A program made the translations under genes and the position numbers. DNA of 64,000 bases, taken from NCBI GenBank assembly GCA_965213685.1, contig CBDBZY010000036.1:64001-128000 (forward strand), read 5' to 3'. A model generated the notes under the pieces. The model saw only the letters and a program-made list of their open reading frames with translations, had not been told where the DNA came from and searched no databases. Each line of letters opens with the position of its first letter. Within the stretch, counting starts at the first letter, position 1. Positions 19,230-29,775 of this stretch are shown here, in pieces. The stretch is from a bacterium. GTDB taxonomy: Bacteria; UBA8248.

Positions 19230-19796
19230 ATGGCTACAGCGAGCAAACCCAAACGAATGATCAGAAAAAAAGCGGCGAGCAAGCCTAGCGCGCCCGCATA
19301 CGAGCCGCCCAAGAAGCTGCCCATCGCATTCCGGGTGAACGGGCAGGAAGTCCGCGCCGAAGCCCCCGCGCACACCAGTCTGCTCTACCTGCTGCGCGAC
19401 CTCGGGTTCACGGAGGTGAAAAACGGCTGCGAGGCCGGCGACTGCGGCGCATGCACGATTCTTCTCGATGGATTGGCGATGAACGCTTGCTGTGCCCTCG
19501 GCGTCCAGGCGGACGGGCGCGAGATCACGACGGTCAAAGGCATCGGGACTGTGAACAACCTCCACCCGATACAGGAGAAGTTCATCGAGCACGGCGCCAT
19601 TCAGTGCGGGTTTTGCACGCCGGGCATGATAGTCGCCGCAAAAGAGCTGCTCGACAACACGCCGAACCCCAGTCGACAGGAGATCAAGGCGGGCATCGCG
19701 GGCAATCTGTGCCGTTGCACCGGCTATGTGAAGATCATCGACGCTATCGAGGCGGTTGCCGCAGAACTTTCCTCGAAGAAAGGGAAAAGGAAATAA
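19230..19796 (+). CDS. molybdo-hydroxylase 2Fe-2S subunit (CoxS/CutS-like)
   Basis: [27 protein letters not shown]. Confidence 0.94.
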   Translation: MATASKPKRMIRKKAASKPSAPAYEPPKKLPIAFRVNGQEVRAEAPAHTSLLYLLRDLGFTEVKNGCEAGDCGACTILLDGLAMNACCALGVQADGREITTVKGIGTVNNLHPIQEKFIEHGAIQCGFCTPGMIVAAKELLDNTPNPSRQEIKAGIAGNLCRCTGYVKIIDAIEAVAAELSSKKGKRK

Positions 19797-19798
19797 CC

Positions 19799-20743
19799 GT
19801 GAGCGTCTCATCGAACGCAACCAAGGAGCAACGGGCCTCCGCATCGGGATTCACGAGCGTGGATGATGTGCAGGATTCATTCCGAAGACTGGACTACATC
19901 TCCGACAGAACGCTGGCGACGACCCTCTTCCTGGCCACGAAACTCGAAAAGCCCCTTTTTCTGGAAGGGGAGGCGGGTGTAGGCAAGACCGAGCTCGCCA
20001 AGGTGCTGGCGAGTTCCATGGACACCGAACTCATTCGACTGCAGTGCTACGAAGGGCTGGACGCCAACTCCGCACTCTACGAATGGAACTACGCGAAACA
20101 GCTCCTGCACATCAAGATGGAGGAATCCAAGGATTCGGACGCCAAGTCGATTGAGAAGGACATTTTCAGCGAACAATACCTGATAGAGCGTCCCCTCCTT
20201 CGGGCGCTCTTGCGCTCCAAGGAAAAACCCGTCGTCTTGCTCATCGATGAAATTGATCGCTCCGACGAGGAGTTCGAGGCGTTCTTGCTGGAGATTTTGT
20301 CCGACTACCAGATTACGATCCCGGAGATGGGAACCGTCAAGGCAACCAGCAAGCCGCTGGTGGTGCTCACCAGCAACCGGACGCGCGAGATTCACGACGC
20401 CCTCAAGCGCCGCTGCCTCTACCTCTGGGTGGACTACCCATCCTTTGAAAAAGAGGTGGAGATCATCACGACGAAGGTTCCCGGCGTCAGCAATCGCCTG
20501 GCGGAGCAAATCTCCCGGTTCATGACGCAAGCCAGACAGATGGACTTCTACAAGCGCCCCGGGGTGGCGGAATCCCTGGATTGGGCCCAGGCGCTGCTCG
20601 CACTCCACCGCAGCGAGCTCGACATCGACGCCGTGCGGGAGACCATCGGCTGCATCCTGAAGTACCAGGACGACATCAAGCGCGTGGAAGACAACGGCAT
20701 CGACAGCATGGTCGCGACAGCGCAGCTCTCGCCCGACGCCTGA
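19799..20743 (+). CDS. MoxR-type AAA+ ATPase (CoxD-like)
   Basis: EGEAGVGKT, RLQCYEGLD, LLIDEIDR, DALKRRC. Confidence 0.93.
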   Translation: MSVSSNATKEQRASASGFTSVDDVQDSFRRLDYISDRTLATTLFLATKLEKPLFLEGEAGVGKTELAKVLASSMDTELIRLQCYEGLDANSALYEWNYAKQLLHIKMEESKDSDAKSIEKDIFSEQYLIERPLLRALLRSKEKPVVLLIDEIDRSDEEFEAFLLEILSDYQITIPEMGTVKATSKPLVVLTSNRTREIHDALKRRCLYLWVDYPSFEKEVEIITTKVPGVSNRLAEQISRFMTQARQMDFYKRPGVAESLDWAQALLALHRSELDIDAVRETIGCILKYQDDIKRVEDNGIDSMVATAQLSPDA

Positions 20744-20756
20744 TTCGAGCAATCCC

Positions 20757-22019
20757 GTGTCCACCATCCGCCCCATCGTGAACGGCACCCTGCCCAGGCG
20801 GCGGATCCGGGTAAAGGGACGGGGCCTCAAGGGAGAGATGATCGGCTTTTGCCGAATCCTGAGGCGCGCGGGCCTGAAAATCACTTCTGGCCGCATCATT
20901 GACGTATTCCGCTGTTTCGACTTTCTCGACGTTACGAACCTCGACAACATCTATACTTCCAGCAAGTCCAACCTCATCTCCAGCCAGGATGAGAGCATGA
21001 TATTCGACGCGGTATTTCGCCAATACTGGTTCGACGAGGAGGGCAACCCATACTCGGGCGACGAATCCGTGCAAGTCGACACGCAATTTGAGGAGGAAGG
21101 CGAGGGACAGGCCGGCGAGGGGGGCGGGACTTCCGAGGAGGGGGAATCGGACGCCGAGGGCGAGGGACAGGAAAACCCGGGACTTCCCTCGGAAGATGAC
21201 GTCGAGAGCGCCGCCGAGCCCGGTGAGCAGGGGGACGATGACGAGGGGGTGCCCTCCTACAGTCCCGCCGAAGTCATCTCGGACAAGGATTTCTCTTCCC
21301 TGGACATGGATCAGGTCGCCGAGCTCAGGCGCCTCATCGCAAAACTCGTCCCCAAGCTCGCCACCAAGATCAGCCGCCGCAAACGGCCTGACATGCGGTC
21401 TTCCGAAATTGACATGAGACGAAGCGTGAAAAGAAGCGTCCGCTCCGGCGGCGAGGTTCTCAAACTTATCCGCAGAAGAAGAAAGATACAAAAGACCCAG
21501 ATTGTGCTGATCTGCGACGTGTCGGGCTCCATGGACAGCTACAGCCAGTTCCTGATTCAGTTTCTCTATAGCCTGCAGAACGAGATCAAGTCGCTGCGCA
21601 CATTTGTGTTCAGCACCCGCCTCTCGGACGCCACGCCGTACTTGCGTCACAAAGACGTCCACACCGCCCTGCGGCGCCTGTCCATGGAGGTGCACGACTG
21701 GAGCGGCGGCACGCAAATCGGCAACTGCCTGAAGACGTTCAACTACGAATACGGCAGAACCATCCTGAACAGCCGCACCATCGTCATCATCATCTCGGAC
21801 GGCTGGGATCGGGGAGATACGGATACGCTGGCGAACGAAATGGACCGCCTCAAAAAAATCTGCTACAAGCTCTTCTGGCTCAATCCCCTCTTGGGCAGCC
21901 CCGGCTATCGACCGATAGACAGGGGAATGAGGACAGCCCTGCCCTATTGCGACGAATTCCTGGCCGCGCACAACCTAGACAGCCTCGTGGACATGACGAA
22001 CAAGATCGCGCACATATAG
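20757..22019 (+). CDS. VWA domain protein (CoxE-like)
   Basis: MIDAS DVSGSM, WSGGTQIG, SDGWD, WLNPL; acidic linker. Confidence 0.92.
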   Translation: MSTIRPIVNGTLPRRRIRVKGRGLKGEMIGFCRILRRAGLKITSGRIIDVFRCFDFLDVTNLDNIYTSSKSNLISSQDESMIFDAVFRQYWFDEEGNPYSGDESVQVDTQFEEEGEGQAGEGGGTSEEGESDAEGEGQENPGLPSEDDVESAAEPGEQGDDDEGVPSYSPAEVISDKDFSSLDMDQVAELRRLIAKLVPKLATKISRRKRPDMRSSEIDMRRSVKRSVRSGGEVLKLIRRRRKIQKTQIVLICDVSGSMDSYSQFLIQFLYSLQNEIKSLRTFVFSTRLSDATPYLRHKDVHTALRRLSMEVHDWSGGTQIGNCLKTFNYEYGRTILNSRTIVIIISDGWDRGDTDTLANEMDRLKKICYKLFWLNPLLGSPGYRPIDRGMRTALPYCDEFLAAHNLDSLVDMTNKIAHI

Positions 22020-22130
22020 AGTCCATATTAGAGGGGATTCTCTTTCCCCGACGTCCGCCCCCCTATAAAATTCTCCCTGCGCACCAGCGCGTTGGCGAGT
22101 CGCGGCCACTTTTGCGGATCGAGAACGAAA

Positions 22131-22790
22131 TTGCCAAACCTGCTGATTTACACGGCCGATGAGGGGTTCGCCGACGCGCTCGGACGCGCGCTCAGGCGCG
22201 AGGGGCATTTTTGCAAAACGGTGCAAGACGAGACGACGGCCTTGCAGGAGGTGCGCGCCAGAGACCTCTCCCTGATATTGCTGGACGACGCCCCGGCACT
22301 CCCCGACGTGGCGGAAATGAGGAACTGGACTACCCTGCCGATACTCCTGCTCCTCGAACCCGACCGGCTGGCGATCATCCAGGCGCCCATCGAGGCGGAG
22401 GATATTCTGGTGAAACCCGTTCGGGAGGAAGAGCTTCTGTGCCGCGTCCGGAATCTCTGCCACCGCTCCGCCGCGGGCGCCGAGGGCGGAGACATCATCC
22501 AAAACAAAGGATTGACGCTTGATGAAAGCCGGTATGAAATCAGACTCGACGGGGAGCTCGTCGATTTGACGTATCGTGAGTTCGAGCTGTTGAAGCATTT
22601 GATGAGCAATCCGGAGCGCGTCTTCGACAGGGAGCAGCTTCTGAACCTCGTCTGGGGCGTCGACTATCTCGGAGGGCCCAGAACGGTAGACGTTCACATC
22701 CGCCGCATTCGCTCCAAAATCGAGAGCGGGGGCCATTCGTTCATCTCCACGGTGCGGGGGGTGGGGTATAAATTCATCGGCGAATCCTGA
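22131..22790 (+). CDS. orphan OmpR-family regulator with atypical receiver (GlnR-like)
   Basis: Winged helix DLTYREFELL...VWGVDYLGGPRTVDVHIRRIRSK; directly upstream of glnA; no kinase nearby. Confidence 0.85.
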   Translation: MPNLLIYTADEGFADALGRALRREGHFCKTVQDETTALQEVRARDLSLILLDDAPALPDVAEMRNWTTLPILLLLEPDRLAIIQAPIEAEDILVKPVREEELLCRVRNLCHRSAAGAEGGDIIQNKGLTLDESRYEIRLDGELVDLTYREFELLKHLMSNPERVFDREQLLNLVWGVDYLGGPRTVDVHIRRIRSKIESGGHSFISTVRGVGYKFIGES

Positions 22791-22911
22791 CGCTCCGCCC
22801 CTGTCCGCAGAATCGAAAACCCGATGCGCGGAAACGAGGGGTAGAGCGTCCGCCATGTCATGTTGGCCCCGAATCGTTCTGGCGGCGGCATCGACGCATC
22901 TGGAGTTCATC

Positions 22912-24261
22912 ATGTCTGAAGCGTTTTTTGACGACAAGGATCGGGAATTTGTGCTGAACCAGGCCCGCGAGCTCGGCGTCCGGTTTATCCGGATGTGGTT
23001 CACCGATATCCTGGGCTTCCTGAAGAGTTTCGCCATCAGCATAGAGGAGCTGGAAAACGCGCTCTACGAGGGGCATCTTTTCGATGGCGCCGCCATAGAA
23101 GGGTTCGCGCGCATCGAGGAGAGCGACATGTTCGCCCATCCCGACCCCACGACGTTCTGCGTGCTGCCCTGGCGGCCCCAGGACGGCGGTGCCGTCGCGA
23201 GGATGTTCTGCGACATCAAGGACCCCGACGGCGACCCCTACGGGAGCGACCCCCGGTTCGTCCTGAGACGCACCCTGCAGGATGCGGCGCGGAAGGGATA
23301 CACGTTCTACGCAGGCGTGGAATACGAGCATTACTATTTCAAATCCCCCGAATTGCCGATCGAAACCCTCGACCAGGGAGGATACTTCGACCTCACTCCC
23401 CTGGACATCGCGAGCGATTTGCGGCGCGAGACGGTTTTGAATCTCGAGAAGATGGGGATTGGCGTGGAATACAGCCACCATGAGGTCGGGCCCAGCCAGC
23501 ATGAAATCGACTTACGCTATGGCGACGCGCTCACGATGGCGGACAATGCGATGACCTACCGGCTCGTCGTCAAGGAGGTGGCGATGCGGCACGGCGTGTA
23601 CGCCACCTTCATGCCCAAGCCGATATCGGAATCAAACGGCAATGGAATGCACACCCACCTTTCGCTGTTCCAGGGATCGGATAACGCATTCTACGACCCG
23701 GGCAAGCCCGGCGGCCTTTCCGACGCCTGCCAGGCCTTCATCGCCGGCCTGCTGAAATACGCTCCGGAAATGACGCTCGTCCTCAATCAATGGGTCAACA
23801 GCTACAAGCGTCTCGCCCCCGGTTTCGAGGCCCCCGTCTACATCACCTGGGCACACAAGAGCAGGAGCGACTTGATACGCATCCCCAGCACGCGCGCAGG
23901 AAGGGAGTCCGACACCCGAATCGAGCTGCGCTCCCCGGACTCGGCTTGCAATCCCTACCTGGCGTTCGCCTGCATGTTGGCGGCCGGCATGGCCGGAATC
24001 GACGAGGGACTGCCGCCGGTTCCCGCCGTAGAGGAGAACGTGTTCGAGATGAGCGAGGAGAGGCGTCAGCAGCATGGCGTACGAAGCCTGCCGGGAAACC
24101 TGCATGAAGCGACGGCGCTGGCCGAGAAGAGCGCTTTTCTGCAAAACGTGTTCGGGAGGCAGCTTTTCGACAAGTTCATCAAGAACAAGAAGCTCGAATG
24201 GGAGCCCTACCGGACCCACGTCTCGGACTTTGAACTCAAAAAATACCTCTCCATTCTGTGA
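22912..24261 (+). CDS. glnA: glutamine synthetase type I
   Basis: FTDILG, HHEVGPSQHEI, TFMPKP, NGNGMHTH, GFEAP, IELRSPD, NPYLA. Confidence 0.92.
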   Translation: MSEAFFDDKDREFVLNQARELGVRFIRMWFTDILGFLKSFAISIEELENALYEGHLFDGAAIEGFARIEESDMFAHPDPTTFCVLPWRPQDGGAVARMFCDIKDPDGDPYGSDPRFVLRRTLQDAARKGYTFYAGVEYEHYYFKSPELPIETLDQGGYFDLTPLDIASDLRRETVLNLEKMGIGVEYSHHEVGPSQHEIDLRYGDALTMADNAMTYRLVVKEVAMRHGVYATFMPKPISESNGNGMHTHLSLFQGSDNAFYDPGKPGGLSDACQAFIAGLLKYAPEMTLVLNQWVNSYKRLAPGFEAPVYITWAHKSRSDLIRIPSTRAGRESDTRIELRSPDSACNPYLAFACMLAAGMAGIDEGLPPVPAVEENVFEMSEERRQQHGVRSLPGNLHEATALAEKSAFLQNVFGRQLFDKFIKNKKLEWEPYRTHVSDFELKKYLSIL

Positions 24262-24338
24262 GTGCACAGCTCTTGCACTCGCATCGCGGATTCTTCATTT
24301 TCAGGGAGACCGGGGAGACGCCCGCGGGCCGGGGCGCG

Positions 24339-24668
24339 CTAGTCCGCGCAGGCGTCGGCCAGCCATTCGAGATAGGAAGCGCCCCCCGCATCCACCGGCA
24401 GGGATATGACCTCCGGCACGTCGTAGCTGTGGTTTTCGGCCAGGTGCTCGGAGAGGCCCTGCCGTTTTTCCTTCGTCGTCTTCATGATGAGCAGGACTTC
24501 CGCGTCGTCCTCCACCGCCCCCCGCCAGCGATAGATGCTCCGAATCCCCGGGATCAGGTTGACGCAAGCGCACAGCCTCTGCCCGATCAGGGATTTCGCA
24601 ATCCGCACCCCCTCCTCTTCCGATCCGACCGTCGTCATCACGACGCAAAACTCCTGGCCGTCTTTCAA
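24339..24668 (-). CDS. cutA: divalent-cation tolerance protein CutA
   Basis: CACVN, SIYRWRG, HSYDVPE. Confidence 0.93.
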   Translation of the reverse strand: MKDGQEFCVVMTTVGSEEEGVRIAKSLIGQRLCACVNLIPGIRSIYRWRGAVEDDAEVLLIMKTTKEKRQGLSEHLAENHSYDVPEVISLPVDAGGASYLEWLADACAD

Positions 24669-24681
24669 GGCTTCTCCTCCC

Positions 24682-25638
24682 TCATGCGCCCAGCATCCGC
24701 TCCGCCGCGCTGTAAGGGTCCACCCGCCGCGAGGCGATGGCGTCGAGGAGCTCCTCGAGTTCCCGACCCTCCGCTTCCCACCCCCCCATGCGCTCCGCCG
24801 CGAGTTCTCGCATCGCCTCGGCGAGCGTGATTCGGGCGCGTTCCCGCCCCAGGCGCATGGCTTCGTCCGGATTGTCCCGCAAAAACGACTTCCGCGCCTC
24901 GATGTGCCGGAGCAAATCGTCCATCCCTTCGCCCTCGAGGGCTTCCGTTTTCAGGACAGGCGGCCTCCAGGGGTGGGTCTCGTGCGGATCAAACTGAAAA
25001 TCCAGCATCTCCTCGATCTCCTGCGCCGTGCGATCCGCGCCATCTCGCCTCGCCTTGTTCACCACGAAAATATCGCCAATTTCCATGATGCCAGCCTTCG
25101 CCGCCTGGATGTGATCGCCGCCCCCGGGTGCCTGCACCAAAACGACCGCGTGCGCGTGTTGCATGATGTTCACCTCCCCCTGTCCCACGCCGACGGTTTC
25201 GATGATCACGACGTCCCAGCCCATGGCGTCCATGACGCACAGGGCGTCTCCCGTCGCGCGGGCGAGTCCGCCGAGGTGTCCCCGCGTGGCCATGCTCCGG
25301 ATGAAGACTTCCGGGTCCGTGTTGTGCCTGCCCATCCGGATGCGGTCGCCCAGAATGGCCCCGCCCGTGAACGGGCTTGTCGGATCCACGGCGATGACGC
25401 ACACCTTTTTGTCCCGGGCGCGCAAATCGCCAATCAGGCGGTCGGAGAGGGTGCTCTTCCCGACGCCGGGGGGGCCCGTGATCCCGATGATCAGGCTTTC
25501 CCCGCCCCTGCGATACAACTCTTGCAGAATCGGCCGCACTCCCGGGTCGTTATCCTCCACCAAGGAGATGAGCCGCGCCGCGGGACGCACCATTCCGGCC
25601 AAAATTTGAGAGGGTTGTATCCGGCCGCTTTCTTTCAT
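24682..25638 (-). CDS. meaB: methylmalonyl-CoA mutase-associated GTPase
   Basis: GITGPPGVGKST, VDPTSPFTGGAILGDRIRM, ETVGVGQ, KAGIMEI. Confidence 0.92.
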   Translation of the reverse strand: MKESGRIQPSQILAGMVRPAARLISLVEDNDPGVRPILQELYRRGGESLIIGITGPPGVGKSTLSDRLIGDLRARDKKVCVIAVDPTSPFTGGAILGDRIRMGRHNTDPEVFIRSMATRGHLGGLARATGDALCVMDAMGWDVVIIETVGVGQGEVNIMQHAHAVVLVQAPGGGDHIQAAKAGIMEIGDIFVVNKARRDGADRTAQEIEEMLDFQFDPHETHPWRPPVLKTEALEGEGMDDLLRHIEARKSFLRDNPDEAMRLGRERARITLAEAMRELAAERMGGWEAEGRELEELLDAIASRRVDPYSAAERMLGA

Positions 25639-25709
25639 CCTGGCTTCACTATCAAGGGAGCATAAGGGAATGTCTGCCGGGCCTGCGCGAGGGAGAAGCG
25701 CGTCAGCCC

Positions 25710-26864
25710 TCAAGAATCAAACAAATAGCGGGAGATGAGATTGCGATGTATCTCGCTCGTGCCCTCCCCGAGGGTGAACACCCGGGCGTCGCGCCAAAAC
25801 AGCCCCGCGGGCTTCTCCGCGATGTATCCGTATCCGCCGTGCATCTGTATGCCCCTGTCGCACACGCGCAGGCAGGCCTCGGACGCGAAAAGTTTCGCCA
25901 TGGCCACTTCTTTCCTGTTCTCCTCCCCCCGGTCCCGCATCCTGGCGGCATTTGCGACCATCTCGCGCGCGACTGCAATGTCAATGGCACTCTCCGCCAT
26001 CATCCCGCGCAAGCCGGAAAACTCCGAGACAGGCCTGCCGAACGCCTCGCGCCCCTTCGCGTGGGATACCGCCGCATCGAGGGACGCCTGCGCTATCCCG
26101 ACGCACATGGCGCCCAGAACGACTCTCCCGTCATTCAGGACGCGCATCGCCTGCCGCAGACCGTCTCCGGCGTTTCCGATGAGACGGCTCTGCGGGATTT
26201 CACAATTCTCAAAAAACACCTCCGCCGCGTTGGAGGAAAGCATTCCGATAGGTTTGGCAAGCGGGACGCTCTTGCGGCCCGCATCCCCCCGCTCTATCAA
26301 GAACGCGCTCACCCCCTTCTCCCCTCCGGGTGCGCGGGCGAAAATGATCATGCTCTCAAAGCGCATCCCCTGCGTGACGAACATCTTCGAGCCGTTGATG
26401 ATGTAGGCATTTCCGCGGGGTGCGGCCGCACACTCCAGGGCCGCCGCATGGCTGCCCGCGACCCGTTCGGTGATAGCCCACGCCCCCACCGCGCCTGCGG
26501 TGAGAGGAGGAATCCACCTCTCCTTCTGCTCCTGCGTTCCGTAGCGCAACAAATGACCGCCGCACAAGCCTGCCGATACGCTCAGCGTAAGGGCGAAACT
26601 CGCGTCGCCGCGGGCCAACTCCTCCAGCACGAGGCATTCGTGAAACAGGCCGAGGCCGCGGCCGCCCAGGCTTTCGGGAATTTTGACGCCGACCAGCCCC
26701 TTCGCCGCCGCCTCTTTGTAGAGGTCGAAGGAGAACGCGGCCGCCCGGTCGCGCTCCAACGCCCCGCCGGCCAGCCGCTTTTGAGCGAATTGCCGGGCCT
26801 GTTCCCGCAAGGCGGATTCTGTCTCCGTCCATTCCGCGCACCCCGCGATAGCCAAGGGCGTCAT
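25710..26864 (-). CDS. acyl-CoA dehydrogenase
   Basis: AITERVAGS, NGSKMFVT, QMHGGYGY, GEGTSEI. Confidence 0.93.
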   Translation of the reverse strand: MTPLAIAGCAEWTETESALREQARQFAQKRLAGGALERDRAAAFSFDLYKEAAAKGLVGVKIPESLGGRGLGLFHECLVLEELARGDASFALTLSVSAGLCGGHLLRYGTQEQKERWIPPLTAGAVGAWAITERVAGSHAAALECAAAPRGNAYIINGSKMFVTQGMRFESMIIFARAPGGEKGVSAFLIERGDAGRKSVPLAKPIGMLSSNAAEVFFENCEIPQSRLIGNAGDGLRQAMRVLNDGRVVLGAMCVGIAQASLDAAVSHAKGREAFGRPVSEFSGLRGMMAESAIDIAVAREMVANAARMRDRGEENRKEVAMAKLFASEACLRVCDRGIQMHGGYGYIAEKPAGLFWRDARVFTLGEGTSEIHRNLISRYLFDS

Positions 26865-27850
26865 CCTCCCATCGCCTGGAGTGCCGGCACAATTTCCTCG
26901 CCCAGCAGCGCCAGCCGATGCGGGTTCGCCTCCAGGTCGGGGATCGTGACCAGCAGGTGGTTCACGCCCGCCCGGGGATATTCCCTGAGCCGAGCGATGC
27001 AATCATCGGGCGTGCCGAAGATCGCCCCCGAATCCGGGATGACGCCCAGCCTCTCGCGCGCCGCCCGCGCCGTGGCCCTGTCCTTCTCCGGAATCACCAT
27101 GGCCATCAAGGAAGCGCGCACGCTGTCCGGGTCCCTGCCGCTCTTTTTGCATTCAGCCTCTATTTCGGGCCTTTTCTCCAAAAACTGCGCGGGCGTCCAC
27201 CAGCGGCAATTGTAGCCATCCGCCTGGCGTGCCGAAACGCCGAGGAGCTTGTCGCCCTCCCCGCCCGTCCAGATCGGCGGGTGCGGCCTTTGCGCGGGAG
27301 GCGGGTGGCAAACGCCGTCTTGCACCTGAAAATACGCGCCCTTGAAACGGGGGGAGGCCTCCGTCCACATCGCGCGTATCAACTGGATGGCTTCTTCCAT
27401 TTGCTTGATCCGTACCGAAATGCGCGGATATGGATACCCATACGCGCGATACTCGCTTTCAATCCAGCCCGCCCCGATTCCGAAATCCACCCGGCCCCTG
27501 CTGATGACGTCGACCGTGGCCGCCATCTTCGCCAGCATGGCTGGCGGCCGATACCCCACGCACGTCACCAGCGTTCCCAGGCGCAGCGTCCGGGTGTCGC
27601 GCGCGAGGGCGGCGAGGGCCGTCCAGGGCTCCAGAATCGCGGTATCCGCGGATTGCTCCTTCTCCTCCTGGCTACCGAATCCGGTCTGGCTTCCATAGGA
27701 GGCCGGGTCGAGCGTCACGAAGTGATCGCAATGCCAGAGGGAGTGGAGGCCGACTCTCTCCGCTTCCTGGGCAATCTCCCGCAACTTCTCGTAGTTGCCG
27801 ACATACAAGCCCTTGAGCGTCAGGGCAACGATGATACCGACTTCCACCAT
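26861..27850 (-). CDS. LLM class oxidoreductase (probably F420-dependent)
   Basis: DHF, EPWTALAALA, LAKMAATVDVISRGR, GIGAGW, PPIWTGG. Confidence 0.88.
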   Translation of the reverse strand: MVEVGIIVALTLKGLYVGNYEKLREIAQEAERVGLHSLWHCDHFVTLDPASYGSQTGFGSQEEKEQSADTAILEPWTALAALARDTRTLRLGTLVTCVGYRPPAMLAKMAATVDVISRGRVDFGIGAGWIESEYRAYGYPYPRISVRIKQMEEAIQLIRAMWTEASPRFKGAYFQVQDGVCHPPPAQRPHPPIWTGGEGDKLLGVSARQADGYNCRWWTPAQFLEKRPEIEAECKKSGRDPDSVRASLMAMVIPEKDRATARAARERLGVIPDSGAIFGTPDDCIARLREYPRAGVNHLLVTIPDLEANPHRLALLGEEIVPALQAMGG

Positions 27851-27992
27851 ATGGCGCGTCCCCCTCCCGGCGGGAAACACAAAGATTCGTTGCGCATCCG
27901 ATTATCCTATCAGCAATGCGGGCGCGAAACGACCAGAATCGAACCTCTCCGTCCCCGCCTCTTTCCCGAGGGAAATTCTTTCCGGGGGAAAC

Positions 27993-28875
27993 CTATTTGC
28001 CCAGAGCGACCCCGAACGCTCCCAGGACGGACAGAAAACCGCCCGCCACAACGCGCCAGCCCACGGCCTCCTGCTTTCGGAAAAACAGCCAGGACATGAA
28101 AATGATGAGCAACACCGACAGGCGATTCAGGGGAATCAGCTGAACGATGTCCCCCGTCTTGAGGGAGGACCAGAAGAAGAAGGCCGCCAAGGCGTTCAGA
28201 CACGCACCACACAGAACGGCCAGGAGTCCTTTTCTGTCCCAGGACTTGGGGGCTCTCCCCTCCACGGAGAACGGCAGGACAAGCAGCATGGCGGAGAATG
28301 CCGTCATGCTGCCGATCGTCATTCCGAATGACGAGGACGGCAGTATCAGCAGACCGAACTTCCCGAACAGGTGCGTCATGGCGAACAAGACGGCCGTCCC
28401 CAGCGGGGCCAGGTAATAATACAGGGGAATGCGCTTTTGGATCTCCCCCTTTTCATAGACCAGAAGGATGGAGCCCGTCATGATGGCCAGCGTGCCGGTG
28501 GCGATGAGCCATGTCATTTCCTCGCCCAGGAAAACTACTCCGAACGATGCCGCCCACACGAGGCTGGTCTGGGTCGCGATGGATGAGCGGGCCAATCCCA
28601 CCAGCTTCATCCCGACGAGGCTCAGGTACCGCCCCATGAATCCGCCCTGAAATCCCCATGGCGCAAAACCAGAGGACGCCGCCGGGCGGCCATTCCGCCG
28701 CGCCGCCTTCCAGAAGGTAAAACGTGGCGCCGAAAGACATCTGCACGGCGGCCATGATGAGATTCATGACAACGGGACTCAGCCGCGCCACTCCGCTGCG
28801 ATACAGGGTGCGCGCGAAGGCGATGAAGCATGCGGCAATGAGAACCAGAACGTTGGGGTGAAGAAAATCGACCAA
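27993..28875 (-). pseudogene. EamA/DMT transporter, frameshifted (+1 at 28645-28647; possibly assembly error)
   Basis: Removing one base from CCC joins the two ORFs as ...MGISGGFMGRYL..., collinear with the neighbouring paralogue. Confidence 0.8.
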
Positions 28876-28878
28876 GGC

Positions 28879-29775
28879 CTACTTCCCCGTCACGATGGCA
28901 AAAGCGCCGAAAAGCGCGAGAAATCCGCCGCCGCCGACGCGCCAGGTCACATTTTCCTGCTCCCGGAACAGCAGCCAGGAGAGGAAGATGATCAGCAGGA
29001 CGGACAGGCGGGTCAATGGGATGACGCGGGTGATCTCGCCCAGTTTCACCGAAGACCAAAAGAAAAAAACGCCGCATCCCTGAAACGCAGCGCCCAGGAG
29101 AAGGGCGACATACCCCTTTTTCGCATCGCGCGCGCCGCGCTCTTTCCCCTTTGGCGCGAGAGGCAGCATTCCCAGCAAGAACGCGAGAGAGGTCGTATTC
29201 GCAATCGCCATCCCGAAAGCGGAGGACGGAATCCATTCAAACGCGAACTTCCCCACGAGGTGGGCGAATGCGTACATCAGCGCGGAGGCGATGGGTATCG
29301 CGTAGTAGTGGGGAGGAATCTTCTGGCCGACGTCCCCCCGGGGATGATACACGAGCATGCTCGCACCGCACATGATGCACAAAATTCCGACCGCCTTCTG
29401 AAGCGACACGTGCTCCCCCAACACGAAAACGGCCAGAATGGACGCCCACACCAGCACGGTCTGGCTCATCACCGCCGCGCGCGCCAGCCCCGTGTAGCGG
29501 ATCGCCACAAAGTTGATATACCGGCCCGCAAAGCTCCCGAAGAAACCCATCGCCATGAACCAGAGAACCCCCTGGTAGGGGATCCGCTCCAGCGACCCCT
29601 CCAGCCGGTAGAAGAGCCAGCCCATGGTCGCCGTCACGCATCCCATGAGCAGATTCGCCGTGTGCATTTTCAGGCGCGCGATCGCATACCGTTGGGAGAC
29701 GCGGGCAAAGGCGATCAGCGTGGCCGAGCAGAGCGCCAGAACGTTCGGGTGAATAAAATCGAGCAAGACGTCCAC
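28879..29775 (-). CDS. EamA/DMT family transporter
   Basis: About 10 TM in two repeats, VFVLGE and LLFREQE motifs. Confidence 0.9.
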   Translation of the reverse strand: MDVLLDFIHPNVLALCSATLIAFARVSQRYAIARLKMHTANLLMGCVTATMGWLFYRLEGSLERIPYQGVLWFMAMGFFGSFAGRYINFVAIRYTGLARAAVMSQTVLVWASILAVFVLGEHVSLQKAVGILCIMCGASMLVYHPRGDVGQKIPPHYYAIPIASALMYAFAHLVGKFAFEWIPSSAFGMAIANTTSLAFLLGMLPLAPKGKERGARDAKKGYVALLLGAAFQGCGVFFFWSSVKLGEITRVIPLTRLSVLLIIFLSWLLFREQENVTWRVGGGGFLALFGAFAIVTGK

